Source of the DNA: Bacteroidia bacterium
Lineage (GTDB): Bacteria; Bacteroidota; Bacteroidia; M30B66
Length of the DNA stretch: 64,000 bases
Assembly (NCBI GenBank): GCA_965279035.1
Contig: OZ257142.1
Location: 1,056,001 to 1,120,000, forward strand
Reading direction: 5' to 3'
The notes under the pieces are model-generated. The model made no database searches. It saw only the letters and a program-made list of their open reading frames with translations, and was not told the origin of the DNA. A program made the position numbers and the translations under genes. Within the stretch, counting starts at the first letter, position 1; each line of letters starts with the position of its first letter. Below are positions 18,013 through 27,881 of this stretch, piece after piece.

Positions 18013-21000
18013 ATGCGACAAACAGTAGTTTTTCTACTCATCCTATTGCCCGGTTGGTTAATGTCTCAACAATCATCGTTGTTTAGGGACAAAGACAGTG
18101 ATCTTAGGCAAGGTTTTGAGTTATTTGATAAAGAGAAATATGGGGCAGCCCAGCGTTATTTTAACAAAGCTGCAGAACAGTATCCTGACCTTCATTCCGA
18201 AATCAGGAAACAGGCCGACTATTATTCAGCCTTATGTGCTGTTGAACTTTTTAATCCAGATGCTGAAGTCTTATTAACTCAATTTATTTATCGTCACCCG
18301 GAAAGTCCGCTTGTTAAGCAAGCCTGGTTTCAATTAGGTAAATTCTTTTTCCGAGATAAGAAGTATAAGAAAGCCGATGAATGGTTTCGACAAGTGGAGC
18401 CAGAGATTTTATCGGAAGAAGAGAAGGAAGAATATTATTTCAAAAGCGGATACACCCATTTTAAATTAGATCATTTCGATCAAGCCTTAAAAGACTTTGC
18501 TGAAATCAAAGGGGGAGAATCGGCTTATAGCACAACAGCAACGTATTATTATGCTCATATTCAATATCAGAATAATAATTACGAAGCGGCTTTAGAGGAT
18601 TTTCTGAAATTAAAAGAGGACGATGTATTCGGACCAATCGTTCCGTTTTATATCTCGCAGATTTATTATCTCCAAAAACGTTTCGATCAAGTAATTCTCT
18701 ATGCTCAACCCATTTTAGATTCAACTCAAAGTAAACGAGCTCCCGAAATAGCGCGGTTGATTGGAGAATCCTATTACAATACATCTCGATACAAAGAGGC
18801 GATTCCCTATCTTGAGAAATACAAAGAAAAAGCTGGGGCAACCAGAACACGTGAAGACGATTATCAATTAGGTTTCTGCTATTTTAAAACAAACAATTTC
18901 GATAAAGCTATTGAATCGTTTCAAGCTGCTGTTGGTGATCAGGATGCTCTTGGTCAAAATGCGTGGTATCATTTAGGTTGGTGTCAATTGCAAACAGGAA
19001 ATAAAAAGTTTGCTCGTAGTGCTTGGCAACAGGCAGCGAAATCTGATTTTGATACTTTGATTAAGGAGCAATCACTTTTTGATTATGCCAAATTAGCCTA
19101 TGAACTCGGTTATGATCCCTACGATGAAGCTGTAAGAGCTTTGCAGGATTATATCAATGCATATCCGAATAGTACTCGCATGGATGATGCCTATAGCTTT
19201 TTGGTAAACATCTATGCAACAACACATAATTATCGCACGGCATTGCTATCGCTTGAGCGCATCAAACGTTTTTCGGAACCATTAAAATCAGCCTATCAAC
19301 GTGTGGCATTTTTTAGAGCAATTGAATTATTGAACGATAAAGAATATGGTGAGTCGATCAAACATTTTGATCTATCGCTTAAATATCCTCAGAACAAAGA
19401 AATGGTTGCCAATGCTAATTATTGGAAAGCCGAAGCACATTACCGAAAAGGCGATTATGCCGAATCAACCAAAGGGTACGAAGCATTTATTTATACACTC
19501 AATTCGTTCAATCTTCGTCAGTTTAATCGGGCGAATTACAATCTAGGTTATTCCTATTATAAGCAGCATAATTATTCATCTGCAATTACGTGGTTTCGGA
19601 AATTTGTTGCAGTAAATCCGGTAACAGATTCGAAGCTTTATAACGATGCTTATTTGCGCATTGGTGATTGTTTCTTCGTTTCTAAAAATTATACTGCAGC
19701 TGTTGAATACTATGATAAGGCACTCAGTATTGGTTCAAGCGACGCTGATTATGCCTTATTCCAAAAAGGAATGTCGCAGTATGTTCAAGGAAAATTAGAA
19801 GCTCAAATTCAAACGCTTCAGAAATTAATTGCAGAGCATGGTAATTCGCGCTATGCCGATGATGCCAAATACGAAACGGCAAACAGCTATTTCCTTTTAG
19901 GTCGATATGAAGAAGCCTATGCAATGTATAATGGAATTCTGTTGAACCATTCAGATAGTCCTTTAGCTCCTTCAGCGAAAGTGCAAATGGGACTGATTCG
20001 GTATAATCAAAACCGTGATGATGATGCCTTGGCGATTTATACCGAAGTGTTGGATAAATATCCAGGAACGGAAGAAGCCAAAGAAGCGCAGATGGGAATC
20101 AAGAATATCTATGTTGAAAAAGGATCGGTGAAAGAATATCAAGATCTAGCTCAACAACGCGGACTTGAAACAATGTCGAAAACCGAGTTTGATTCAACAG
20201 CTTGGGAAGCAGCAGAGAAGTCATATCAAAAAGGAGATTGTGATTTAGCCATGGGGCAGATGAGTTCGTATTTACGCGATTTTCCAGATGGTTTGTTTTC
20301 TACACAAGCACTAGGTTACAAAGCCGATTGTGAAATGAAATCGCGCAAGGTGGATGATGCAGCTATGACATATGAAAAATTGTTGCTTCGACCTAAGAAT
20401 CGCTATACTGCTGAAGCACATTTGATTTTAGGTATTTACGAACGACAAAAAGAAAATCTGCCAAAGTCTATTGAGCATTTCAAAGAGCTGGAAATGATTG
20501 CTGAGAATAATGATCAATTACTTCAAGCAAGAAGCAATATCATGCGTTTATCCTTGAAACTTAGTAAAACAAGCGAAGCTGAAGAATATGCGAATAAGGT
20601 GCTTCAAAGTGAAAAGGTAGAAGAGGATTTAAAAAACGAAGCTCGATTAATTATTGCTCGTGCTGATCTTATTGCAGGCAATGATGATAAAGCACTGGAA
20701 GAATTTCAAAAACTGAAAAAAGTCAACAGCGAAATTGGTGCAGAAGCTCGTTATTCACTTGCAAAGATTTACTACAACAAAGGCGATTACAAACGTTGTG
20801 AGAAAGCTGTTTTTGACTTGGTAGATGAAATGCCTTCGTATGATGAATGGCTTGCAAAAGGCTTTATCCTCTTAGCAGATAATTACCTCAAATTGGGGAA
20901 TGTTTTCCAAGCGAAAAGCACCTTGCAAAGTGTGATCGACAATCATGAAGGAAAGGAATTGCGTGATTTAGCTCAACATAAATTGGATGAGATAAATGCT

Positions 21001-21138
21001 AGTGAAATTTCCAATGATTCTCCAGATAAACCTGCAGATCAGGATATCGAATTCAAAAACAACCACAAAGACGATGGCTTGTTTGATGAACAAAAATTAG
21101 CACCTGTTGAACCAAAGAAAGGAGATGACAATGAATAA
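18013..21138 (+). CDS. Large secreted TPR-repeat protein (1041 aa)
   Basis: Signal peptide; continuous TPR helices with BamD/CpoB-like segments (YPNS..DDA). Confidence 0.88.
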   Translation: MRQTVVFLLILLPGWLMSQQSSLFRDKDSDLRQGFELFDKEKYGAAQRYFNKAAEQYPDLHSEIRKQADYYSALCAVELFNPDAEVLLTQFIYRHPESPLVKQAWFQLGKFFFRDKKYKKADEWFRQVEPEILSEEEKEEYYFKSGYTHFKLDHFDQALKDFAEIKGGESAYSTTATYYYAHIQYQNNNYEAALEDFLKLKEDDVFGPIVPFYISQIYYLQKRFDQVILYAQPILDSTQSKRAPEIARLIGESYYNTSRYKEAIPYLEKYKEKAGATRTREDDYQLGFCYFKTNNFDKAIESFQAAVGDQDALGQNAWYHLGWCQLQTGNKKFARSAWQQAAKSDFDTLIKEQSLFDYAKLAYELGYDPYDEAVRALQDYINAYPNSTRMDDAYSFLVNIYATTHNYRTALLSLERIKRFSEPLKSAYQRVAFFRAIELLNDKEYGESIKHFDLSLKYPQNKEMVANANYWKAEAHYRKGDYAESTKGYEAFIYTLNSFNLRQFNRANYNLGYSYYKQHNYSSAITWFRKFVAVNPVTDSKLYNDAYLRIGDCFFVSKNYTAAVEYYDKALSIGSSDADYALFQKGMSQYVQGKLEAQIQTLQKLIAEHGNSRYADDAKYETANSYFLLGRYEEAYAMYNGILLNHSDSPLAPSAKVQMGLIRYNQNRDDDALAIYTEVLDKYPGTEEAKEAQMGIKNIYVEKGSVKEYQDLAQQRGLETMSKTEFDSTAWEAAEKSYQKGDCDLAMGQMSSYLRDFPDGLFSTQALGYKADCEMKSRKVDDAAMTYEKLLLRPKNRYTAEAHLILGIYERQKENLPKSIEHFKELEMIAENNDQLLQARSNIMRLSLKLSKTSEAEEYANKVLQSEKVEEDLKNEARLIIARADLIAGNDDKALEEFQKLKKVNSEIGAEARYSLAKIYYNKGDYKRCEKAVFDLVDEMPSYDEWLAKGFILLADNYLKLGNVFQAKSTLQSVIDNHEGKELRDLAQHKLDEINASEISNDSPDKPADQDIEFKNNHKDDGLFDEQKLAPVEPKKGDDNE

Positions 21139-22828
21139 GGTCTTGCTAATCATCTTGCTGATTTCACCTTTTTCACTTTTTGCTCAACCGGGCAAAAACA
21201 ATGATGTGATTGTTACTGGTGGTTATACTCCGAAGTTGGTTGATGCGAATAAAATCAATGAACAACCAGCCATTTTAGATACTGGAATTACGCGTTTCCC
21301 AATTAAATATGAAATCAATAGTCGAAGGATAAATACCGTTTACGAAATCGATCCAATCAAAGCAGCGAACGTAAAAGGAGAACCCTTGACTAAACTTTAT
21401 CGTGGTTATGTGAAAGGTGGATTTGGCTCTTATATGATGCCGTATGGAGAGATTTATTACAATAATCTACGTTCTAAAAAATCATCCGCAGGAATTCATT
21501 ATAAACATTTGTCTTCAACCGGACAGCTTGCTAATACAGGCTATTCTGGCTTTAGTAATAATGAATTAAATCTCTTTGGAAAGTCTTTTATAAAAAAATC
21601 TACCCTATCAGGCGGATTAGATTATAGAAGAAATGTAGTTCATTACTATGGTTTTGATAAAGCCAAAGCATACAGTCAAGACTCAACCGAAAATCCATAT
21701 TGGGGTTATAATTTTGATCGCGACAGCATTCGCCAACGCTATCAATTAGTCAATATTGATGCATCCTTTAGCGATAATTATCCGGTTGATAGTCATGCTA
21801 CGAAATACAAAGTAGATTTGAATTATTACAATTACACGGATCATTATAAAGCGCAAGAAAATGCATTCAAGATTGCTGGTGATGTTTCGTTTTACTACAA
21901 AACCTACGATTTCAATATTCGAGGAGGATTAGATGTGTATAAAAACCAGAATGCGGTTTGGTCCGACAATATGACCATCTTTCAATTACGTCCTCAAATT
22001 ACATTCAGTCAATCTAAATGGAGATTGAAAGCAGCATTAAATACCTATGCTACTTCCGATTCATCCTATGGATTTAAGATCGCTCCCGAAGTTGATTTTG
22101 ATTTGCATCTGTATGAAAATATCATCATCCTAAATCTAGGAACAGACAGTCGTTTGCAGCGGTTTTCATATCGCACTTTAACCGAACGAAATCCTTGGTT
22201 GATTTCAGATATTTTGCCTTTGAATACTTGGAGTCCGTTCCGATTGTATGCAGGTTTACGCGGTTCCATTAGTTCGAAAATGGCATTTAATACAAAGGTT
22301 TCGTACACACCGTCAATCGATAATCAATTCTTCTTTGTAAATACTGCTGACTCTTCTGGATTTCTGCTGAATAAGTTGACATATGTCACCGACAATGCAA
22401 GTTTATTGGAAGTGAACGGAGAGATAACTTGGCAATTGCACGAAAAAATCCGCATCATAGCGAAAGCTGATTATATGGGTTATACGCCTGATAAAGAATT
22501 GAAAGCTTGGCATGTTCCATCGCTACGTATGTCGTATGGTGGGAAATACAATTTGAAAGATAAAATCTGGATCAACGCTGCTGTTCTAACATATAACAAA
22601 CAGTTTTACAAAGGTTTTATCAAAGACGATAAAACAGGCGAAATCAGAGCTGTTGCGAAGGAATTGAAAGGTATTGCCGATATTAATTTAGGAGCAGAAT
22701 ATCGTTACACGAAATTATTGGGGATGTTTGTTCAGCTCAACAATATTCTCAATGTGCGTTACGAACGCTATAAGAACTATCCAACACAGCGCTTTAATGT
22801 GATGGCTGGTGTGAGTTATACTTTTTAA
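21131..22828 (+). CDS. Outer-membrane beta-barrel protein (TonB-dependent-receptor-like)
   Basis: Signal peptide; alternating amphipathic strands; LNNILN..Y..Y and terminal GVSYTF. Confidence 0.75.
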   Translation: MNKVLLIILLISPFSLFAQPGKNNDVIVTGGYTPKLVDANKINEQPAILDTGITRFPIKYEINSRRINTVYEIDPIKAANVKGEPLTKLYRGYVKGGFGSYMMPYGEIYYNNLRSKKSSAGIHYKHLSSTGQLANTGYSGFSNNELNLFGKSFIKKSTLSGGLDYRRNVVHYYGFDKAKAYSQDSTENPYWGYNFDRDSIRQRYQLVNIDASFSDNYPVDSHATKYKVDLNYYNYTDHYKAQENAFKIAGDVSFYYKTYDFNIRGGLDVYKNQNAVWSDNMTIFQLRPQITFSQSKWRLKAALNTYATSDSSYGFKIAPEVDFDLHLYENIIILNLGTDSRLQRFSYRTLTERNPWLISDILPLNTWSPFRLYAGLRGSISSKMAFNTKVSYTPSIDNQFFFVNTADSSGFLLNKLTYVTDNASLLEVNGEITWQLHEKIRIIAKADYMGYTPDKELKAWHVPSLRMSYGGKYNLKDKIWINAAVLTYNKQFYKGFIKDDKTGEIRAVAKELKGIADINLGAEYRYTKLLGMFVQLNNILNVRYERYKNYPTQRFNVMAGVSYTF

Positions 22829-23884
22829 TTAAAACGGAGATTTGAATCGTGGATCGTTGATGAATGTGCTATCAGTCATCGAACGAAGGAAAGCTAATAA
22901 ATCGGCTTTCTCTTGATTGGTTAAATTCAATCCCGTTCCAACATGTTTCATAAGCGGATCAACCGTTGGTGAAGCTTTTCCTCCGGAATTATAATGATCG
23001 ATTACTTGCTCTAATGTTTGAAACCGTCCATCGTGCATATAGGGGGCGGTGAGAGCAATGTTGCGAAGAGTAGGCGTTAAGAATTTCCCGTTATCGTTGG
23101 GATTCCCAGTAATGGCGCCTCTTCCAAGGTCTGTGAATGCCGAATCAAGTCCATTGTTGTGAAATTGATTGTCGGTAATTAATCGTCCTGCATCTATGCT
23201 GTGGCAATGGAAGCAATCGCCCTTTTCGGTATTATAAATTACGTAGCCATTTAATTCGGAAGGAGAAAGAGCTGCTTCATTTCGAAGACGACGATCGAGT
23301 TTTGAATTATAGGAAATCATCGTTCTCATAAATTGAGCTAGTGCTTTTACAACGTATGATGAGTCGATGGTAGAAATGTTGAAAGCATTCTTAAACTCTT
23401 CTTTGTAGGTTGGATTTGCATTTAAACGTATTGCCGCTTCGGTCCAAGAAAGATGCATTTCGATAGGATTCTTCACTGGACCAAGTGCTTGTTGTTCAAG
23501 TGTAGAAGCTCTTCCATCCCAAAAAAAATGGAGATTGAATCCCATATTTATGAGTGGTTGAGCATTTCGAGTTCCAACTGCACCAGTAATTCCTGTGCTG
23601 AATTGCGTTCCGTTATCGGTAAAAGAAAGAGCTTGATTGTGACAACTAGCGCATGATTGAGTACTGTTTCCAGATAATAGTTTATCATAAAAAAGTTTTC
23701 TTCCTAGAGCAACTCCTTCAACAGTCATTGGATTGTCCGAAGGAATATTCATTGTTGGAAATCCAGGAGGAGTTTCCAAAGAATAGGGTTTTGTTTGATA
23801 GGGAGTTTCTTCCGGATCATCCTTTTTACACGAGGCGATAATCAGTGTAATTGAAATAAATAGAATGCTATATCGACGAATCAT
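22829..23884 (-). CDS. Di-heme cytochrome c peroxidase family lipoprotein, MbnH-like copy 1
   Basis: CASCH and CFHCH; FFWDGR; TPTLRNIALTAPYMHDG; lipobox IASC-KKDD. Confidence 0.9.
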   Translation of the reverse strand: MIRRYSILFISITLIIASCKKDDPEETPYQTKPYSLETPPGFPTMNIPSDNPMTVEGVALGRKLFYDKLLSGNSTQSCASCHNQALSFTDNGTQFSTGITGAVGTRNAQPLINMGFNLHFFWDGRASTLEQQALGPVKNPIEMHLSWTEAAIRLNANPTYKEEFKNAFNISTIDSSYVVKALAQFMRTMISYNSKLDRRLRNEAALSPSELNGYVIYNTEKGDCFHCHSIDAGRLITDNQFHNNGLDSAFTDLGRGAITGNPNDNGKFLTPTLRNIALTAPYMHDGRFQTLEQVIDHYNSGGKASPTVDPLMKHVGTGLNLTNQEKADLLAFLRSMTDSTFINDPRFKSPF

Positions 23885-23888
23885 TAGC

Positions 23889-24908
23889 TTATTCTGTTGA
23901 ACGATATTCCGGGTTTTGAATGAAATTTTGGTCTGACAAACTTTTTAGAAAGGAAAGTAAATCTGCTTTTTCTTGAGTTGATAATCCCAATGGTCTGATT
24001 AACGGGCTTTTTCCTGGAAAGTTCAATCCTCCACCATTATAAAGTTCAATCACAGTTTCGAGTGAATTGATGCTTCCATCGTGCATGTAAGGAGCAGTCA
24101 ATTCGCAATTTCGAAGCGAAGGAACACGGAATTTTCCCCGATCATCAGCAAGCAAAGTTATGCGTTGTCGGCCTGAATCAGGATATGTTTCAAAAGATCC
24201 ATTGGATTGGAATGTATTATTGGTGAAATTGAAACCGGAATGACATTGAATACAGTCGGTTTTAGAGCTTGAAAACAGCTCGAATCCACGGATTGCAGAT
24301 TCCGAAATGGCTTTTTTATTTCCTTGATAATAGTAGCTATCGAAGGGAGAATCAGCAGAAATTAACGTTCGCTGAAAACAAGCTAGGGCATGAAGAAAAC
24401 CGTTGATTGTAGCTGTGTCGTTATATGCAATTCTGAATAATTCTTTGTAGCGCGAGTTTCTATTTAATCGCTTCAGAATTATGAGTAATGTATTGTTGAA
24501 TTCAAAATGCGCTGCAATTGCATTGAGTGGAACGATTTCGAGCGTTGTAACACCGCCATCACGAAAGAAACTGTTGCTCCATGCCAAGTTGAAAAGAGCT
24601 TGAGCATTTCTAAATCCCTTTTCATGATCAACTCCAAAACTGAGTGCTTCGGAATCGGAAAATGCTCGTGTTTGTTTATGACAAGAATTACAGGAAATGC
24701 TTGAGTCTCTTGATAGAATTGGATCGTAGAATAATTTCTTACCTAAATAAATCTTTGCTTTTGTAAGCGGATTTGACTGTGGAATGAAGGCTTTTGGAAA
24801 TCCTGATGGAGTTCTTAATTCTAATTGTTCTTCATCAGGCAAAGACACATCTTTTGAACAAGAGTTCAGCAAACAAAGAATGACCAATATGAATGAAAAA
24901 CGCATCAT
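23889..24908 (-). CDS. Di-heme cytochrome c peroxidase family lipoprotein, MbnH-like copy 2
   Basis: CNSCH and CIQCH; VPSLRN..TAPYMHDG; lipobox LNSC-SKD. Confidence 0.88.
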   Translation of the reverse strand: MMRFSFILVILCLLNSCSKDVSLPDEEQLELRTPSGFPKAFIPQSNPLTKAKIYLGKKLFYDPILSRDSSISCNSCHKQTRAFSDSEALSFGVDHEKGFRNAQALFNLAWSNSFFRDGGVTTLEIVPLNAIAAHFEFNNTLLIILKRLNRNSRYKELFRIAYNDTATINGFLHALACFQRTLISADSPFDSYYYQGNKKAISESAIRGFELFSSSKTDCIQCHSGFNFTNNTFQSNGSFETYPDSGRQRITLLADDRGKFRVPSLRNCELTAPYMHDGSINSLETVIELYNGGGLNFPGKSPLIRPLGLSTQEKADLLSFLKSLSDQNFIQNPEYRSTE

Positions 24909-24911
24909 TGA

Positions 24912-25691
24912 TTATTGTTTCCGAATGGCATCTCCCAAATTACTAATTACTTCTTGAGCCAATTCATAATGATCGGTTGTATGTGTAAAGTACTGTTGAA
25001 CCATGTTAATAGTATCTGATTGGGTTTTGAAAACATCATTTACTTCGACCTTTAAATAGATTAATGTTTTTTGTCCTTTCACTACAGTTTCGTTGAAACC
25101 GGAAATTCCATGTGAGGCATATAAAGTATCTTTTCCTGAATGATAGAAAAACGAGTAATTAGGATCTTGGCTTTGTGTTGTACTTGTATCTATTCTTCCT
25201 TCTAATTTGGAAAAAACATACCCGCTTGCCCAAGTCCAATACATTCCGTTATAAACGCTCAAAGGATGATTATTGGCATAGGCTGCAGGATTGAAATTTG
25301 GATCGCCGGTTCCATTGAGGCTTTTCTTTACACCAAGCCCGTAGCTAATTTCAGAGATAGTTCCTGGATTTGCTTCAATAGAAATGGATTTATCGTTCAA
25401 GGAAAAATCGATCAAAGAAATTTCAGAACTGCCTAAAACACTTGTGGCAGAGTGCAATTGAAAATCAGAAACATAAAATTTGAATGTTTCATATTTCATT
25501 CTCAAACCATTTGGGCCAATGAAAGTTTGATTCATTTGAAAAGCCTCTCCATTCATAGTTGGAACAAAATGAATTTCTACTGTTCCGGTTGTTTTTTCAG
25601 GTGCAGTAGCTTCAACCGATTCATCTTTTTGACAAGATGAAAAAGAGAGAAAATTCACTAGAAGCAAGGAATAAAAAAACGCTTTTTTCAT
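24912..25691 (-). CDS. MbnP-family copper-binding lipoprotein
   Basis: FKFYVSD, HPL, MYWTWASGYVFSKLEG (WxW); lipobox FSSC-QKDE. Confidence 0.82.
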   Translation of the reverse strand: MKKAFFYSLLLVNFLSFSSCQKDESVEATAPEKTTGTVEIHFVPTMNGEAFQMNQTFIGPNGLRMKYETFKFYVSDFQLHSATSVLGSSEISLIDFSLNDKSISIEANPGTISEISYGLGVKKSLNGTGDPNFNPAAYANNHPLSVYNGMYWTWASGYVFSKLEGRIDTSTTQSQDPNYSFFYHSGKDTLYASHGISGFNETVVKGQKTLIYLKVEVNDVFKTQSDTINMVQQYFTHTTDHYELAQEVISNLGDAIRKQ

Positions 25692-25692
25692 A

Positions 25693-26463
25693 TTATTGAT
25701 CGGTGCTTATACCTGCTACGATGTTATTTCTAACGCGAGTTGACAAACCATAATTTATGGTTGATTGCGTATTGTTGTCGGTTGATATATCGAGTCCATT
25801 AAAAACAGTTGCCAGATTCGCTTTTAAATGAATTGTTCTGCCATCACATGCTTTAATATTCAATGGATTATTAAAGGTAAGTGTTATATCAGTTCGATAA
25901 TTTCCATCCAATCCAATGTGGTAGGAGAAATCATTTCCTGGGTTGTTCGTTGTTATTGAATCGCTCGAATATTTTCCTTCCATAATGGCAAAAAGATAGC
26001 CTTGATTCCAACTCCAATGCATGGATGGTACTTGGATAGCAAGCGGATGACCTGTGGGATAAACTGTTGGATCGGCATGATTTCTTAATGAATCAATTCC
26101 GAAATCGAAACGAATTCCTGAATAAATCCCCAATTCATATTTACCTAAATTGGAATTTAAAGAGGACGGTGTAATTAAATCAACATCCTGATCACCAGAA
26201 TGGGGAACGGTGTCTTTAAGTAGTTGAATACCGGATAAATAGAATTGAGATGTATGAAAAACAACATGCTTTCCATCGCTTAAGGTATAATCGGTATTTA
26301 ATTGAAATGGCAAGTTGTTGTAGTATAATTTAAATTCAAGCGCAACATCTTTGGGTGTTTCACTTAGACAAGGATCTACTTCAACAATAGCTTCATCTTT
26401 TTTGCATGAAGTAAAAAGGACTGCAGTAAAGAAGAAGAGAAATAATAAGGTTGACTTATTCAT
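25693..26463 (-). CDS. MbnP-family copper-binding lipoprotein
   Basis: QFYLSGI, GIDSLRNH, MHWSWNQGYLFAIMEG, YHIG; lipobox FTSC-KKDE. Confidence 0.82.
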   Translation of the reverse strand: MNKSTLLFLFFFTAVLFTSCKKDEAIVEVDPCLSETPKDVALEFKLYYNNLPFQLNTDYTLSDGKHVVFHTSQFYLSGIQLLKDTVPHSGDQDVDLITPSSLNSNLGKYELGIYSGIRFDFGIDSLRNHADPTVYPTGHPLAIQVPSMHWSWNQGYLFAIMEGKYSSDSITTNNPGNDFSYHIGLDGNYRTDITLTFNNPLNIKACDGRTIHLKANLATVFNGLDISTDNNTQSTINYGLSTRVRNNIVAGISTDQ

Positions 26464-26928
26464 TTAAATAGTAATTCCAATGCGTTTGTAGACAAAATGA
26501 AGGAGCCAAATTGGACCAATTAAAAGAAATTGAATATCCTTTAAAAAAGAGGGTTTTTTTCCTTCAACCGAATGTCCGTAAAATTGACCAATCCAAGCAA
26601 AAACAAAAAGAAGGATTCCAATTCCCCATAAGGGATAATTTGTAGTAAGCCGGATAGCTTCTGCAATAAAGCCGGTAAATGAAAAGATAATCGACATTCC
26701 AATAGCCAAAGCTGGCGAGAGAATGATATAATACAATACCGCTAAAAGCATAGTAATGTAGGCGAAATTAAAACCAACCGCACTCATGAACTTTGGATTT
26801 GGAATGCTCCATAACATGAGTACAATGCTGAATACAATAGCCGGTACACAAATCCAATGGATGGTTTTGTTTAATTTGTTTTGGTGACTTTCGCTGTATT
26901 CATCGAGCCAATCTTGAATAGGTCTCAT
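26464..26928 (-). CDS. Mpo1-like / DUF962 membrane protein
   Basis: YSESHQN...IHWICVP and QFYGH..EGKKPSF motifs; probable ATG 26928. Confidence 0.88.
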   Translation of the reverse strand: MRPIQDWLDEYSESHQNKLNKTIHWICVPAIVFSIVLMLWSIPNPKFMSAVGFNFAYITMLLAVLYYIILSPALAIGMSIIFSFTGFIAEAIRLTTNYPLWGIGILLFVFAWIGQFYGHSVEGKKPSFLKDIQFLLIGPIWLLHFVYKRIGITI

Positions 26929-27046
26929 GGGATTGCGTCTTGGAATGCAAGTTAAAGAAAGCAATTCAGGTTTGGATATAGAAATAGATTGCGATTAGTG
27001 AAGTTTTTGAATCCTGAAAAAATACTTAGTTTTGACTCCTCTTTTT

Positions 27047-27120
27047 CGGGATGTGGCTCAGCCTGGTAGAGTACTCGTCTGGGGGGCGAGGGGTCGTGGG
27101 TTCAAATCCCGCCATCCCGA
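27047..27120 (+). tRNA. tRNA-Pro(GGG)
   Basis: Acceptor CGGGATG/CATCCCG, anticodon arm CTCGT-CT-GGG-GG-GCGAG, T-arm GGTTCAAATCC; CCA not encoded; -7 TAGTTTTG at 27027. Confidence 0.95.
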
Positions 27121-27170
27121 CTGAAAAAAGAATCCGGATTCTACCAAAAGATCCAGATAAAAAATAGTAC

Positions 27171-27878
27171 ATGGGAAGAGCATTCGAATTTCGTCGTGCG
27201 CGTAAAGAAAAGCGCTGGAGTAAAATGGCAAAGGATTTTGTCAAAATGGGAAAACAATTGTCTATGGCTGTAAAGCAAGGCGGTCCTGATCCTGAAACAA
27301 ATCCAACATTGCGTGTAGTGATTCAAAACTGCAAGGCTTTGAATATGCCCAAAGACAATATTGAATCGGCAATTAAGCGAGCTTCAGCAAAAGATGCAAA
27401 GGACTTAGATGAAATTGTGTATGAAGGATATGGTCCTTATGGAGTTGCAGTTTTAGTTGAAACGGCTACAGATAATTCTACGCGAACTGTTGCCAATGTA
27501 AGGATGTATTTTTCTCGTGCCGAAGGTGCTTTAGGAAAGACCGGATCATTGGATTTTATTTTTGATCGGAAAGCCGTTTTTACTTTGGGATTAGAAGGCT
27601 TGGATCTAGAAGAATTGGAATTAGAACTGATTGATTTTGGTCTAGAAGAAATTTTTGAAGAGGACGGGAAAGTCTATTTATACACGTCTTTCAAAGATTT
27701 TGGAGGAATGCAACATGAGTTAGAACGTTTGCAACTCAATATCATTAGTTCTGAATTGGTTCGTTTGCCTAATAGCACTGTTGAATTAAGTCCTGAACAA
27801 GAAGAGGAAATTAATGCTCTTGTAGAAAAGATGGAAGACGATGATGATGTTCTACATGTCTTTACCAATATGAAGTAA
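27171..27878 (+). CDS. yebC: YebC/PmpR family protein
   Basis: MGRAFE start, GGPDPETNP, YEGYGPYG, TDNSTRT, DDDVLHVFTN. Confidence 0.95.
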   Translation: MGRAFEFRRARKEKRWSKMAKDFVKMGKQLSMAVKQGGPDPETNPTLRVVIQNCKALNMPKDNIESAIKRASAKDAKDLDEIVYEGYGPYGVAVLVETATDNSTRTVANVRMYFSRAEGALGKTGSLDFIFDRKAVFTLGLEGLDLEELELELIDFGLEEIFEEDGKVYLYTSFKDFGGMQHELERLQLNIISSELVRLPNSTVELSPEQEEEINALVEKMEDDDDVLHVFTNMK

Positions 27879-27881
27879 TTT

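Noticed and set aside
22829-26463. Methanobactin biosynthetic cluster
   Set aside because: No mbnA precursor or mbnBC in the window.
27047-27120. tRNA-Pro as integration site for the mbnPH cluster
   Set aside because: The cluster lies 5' of the tRNA, yebC follows directly, and I saw no duplicated tRNA 3' end.
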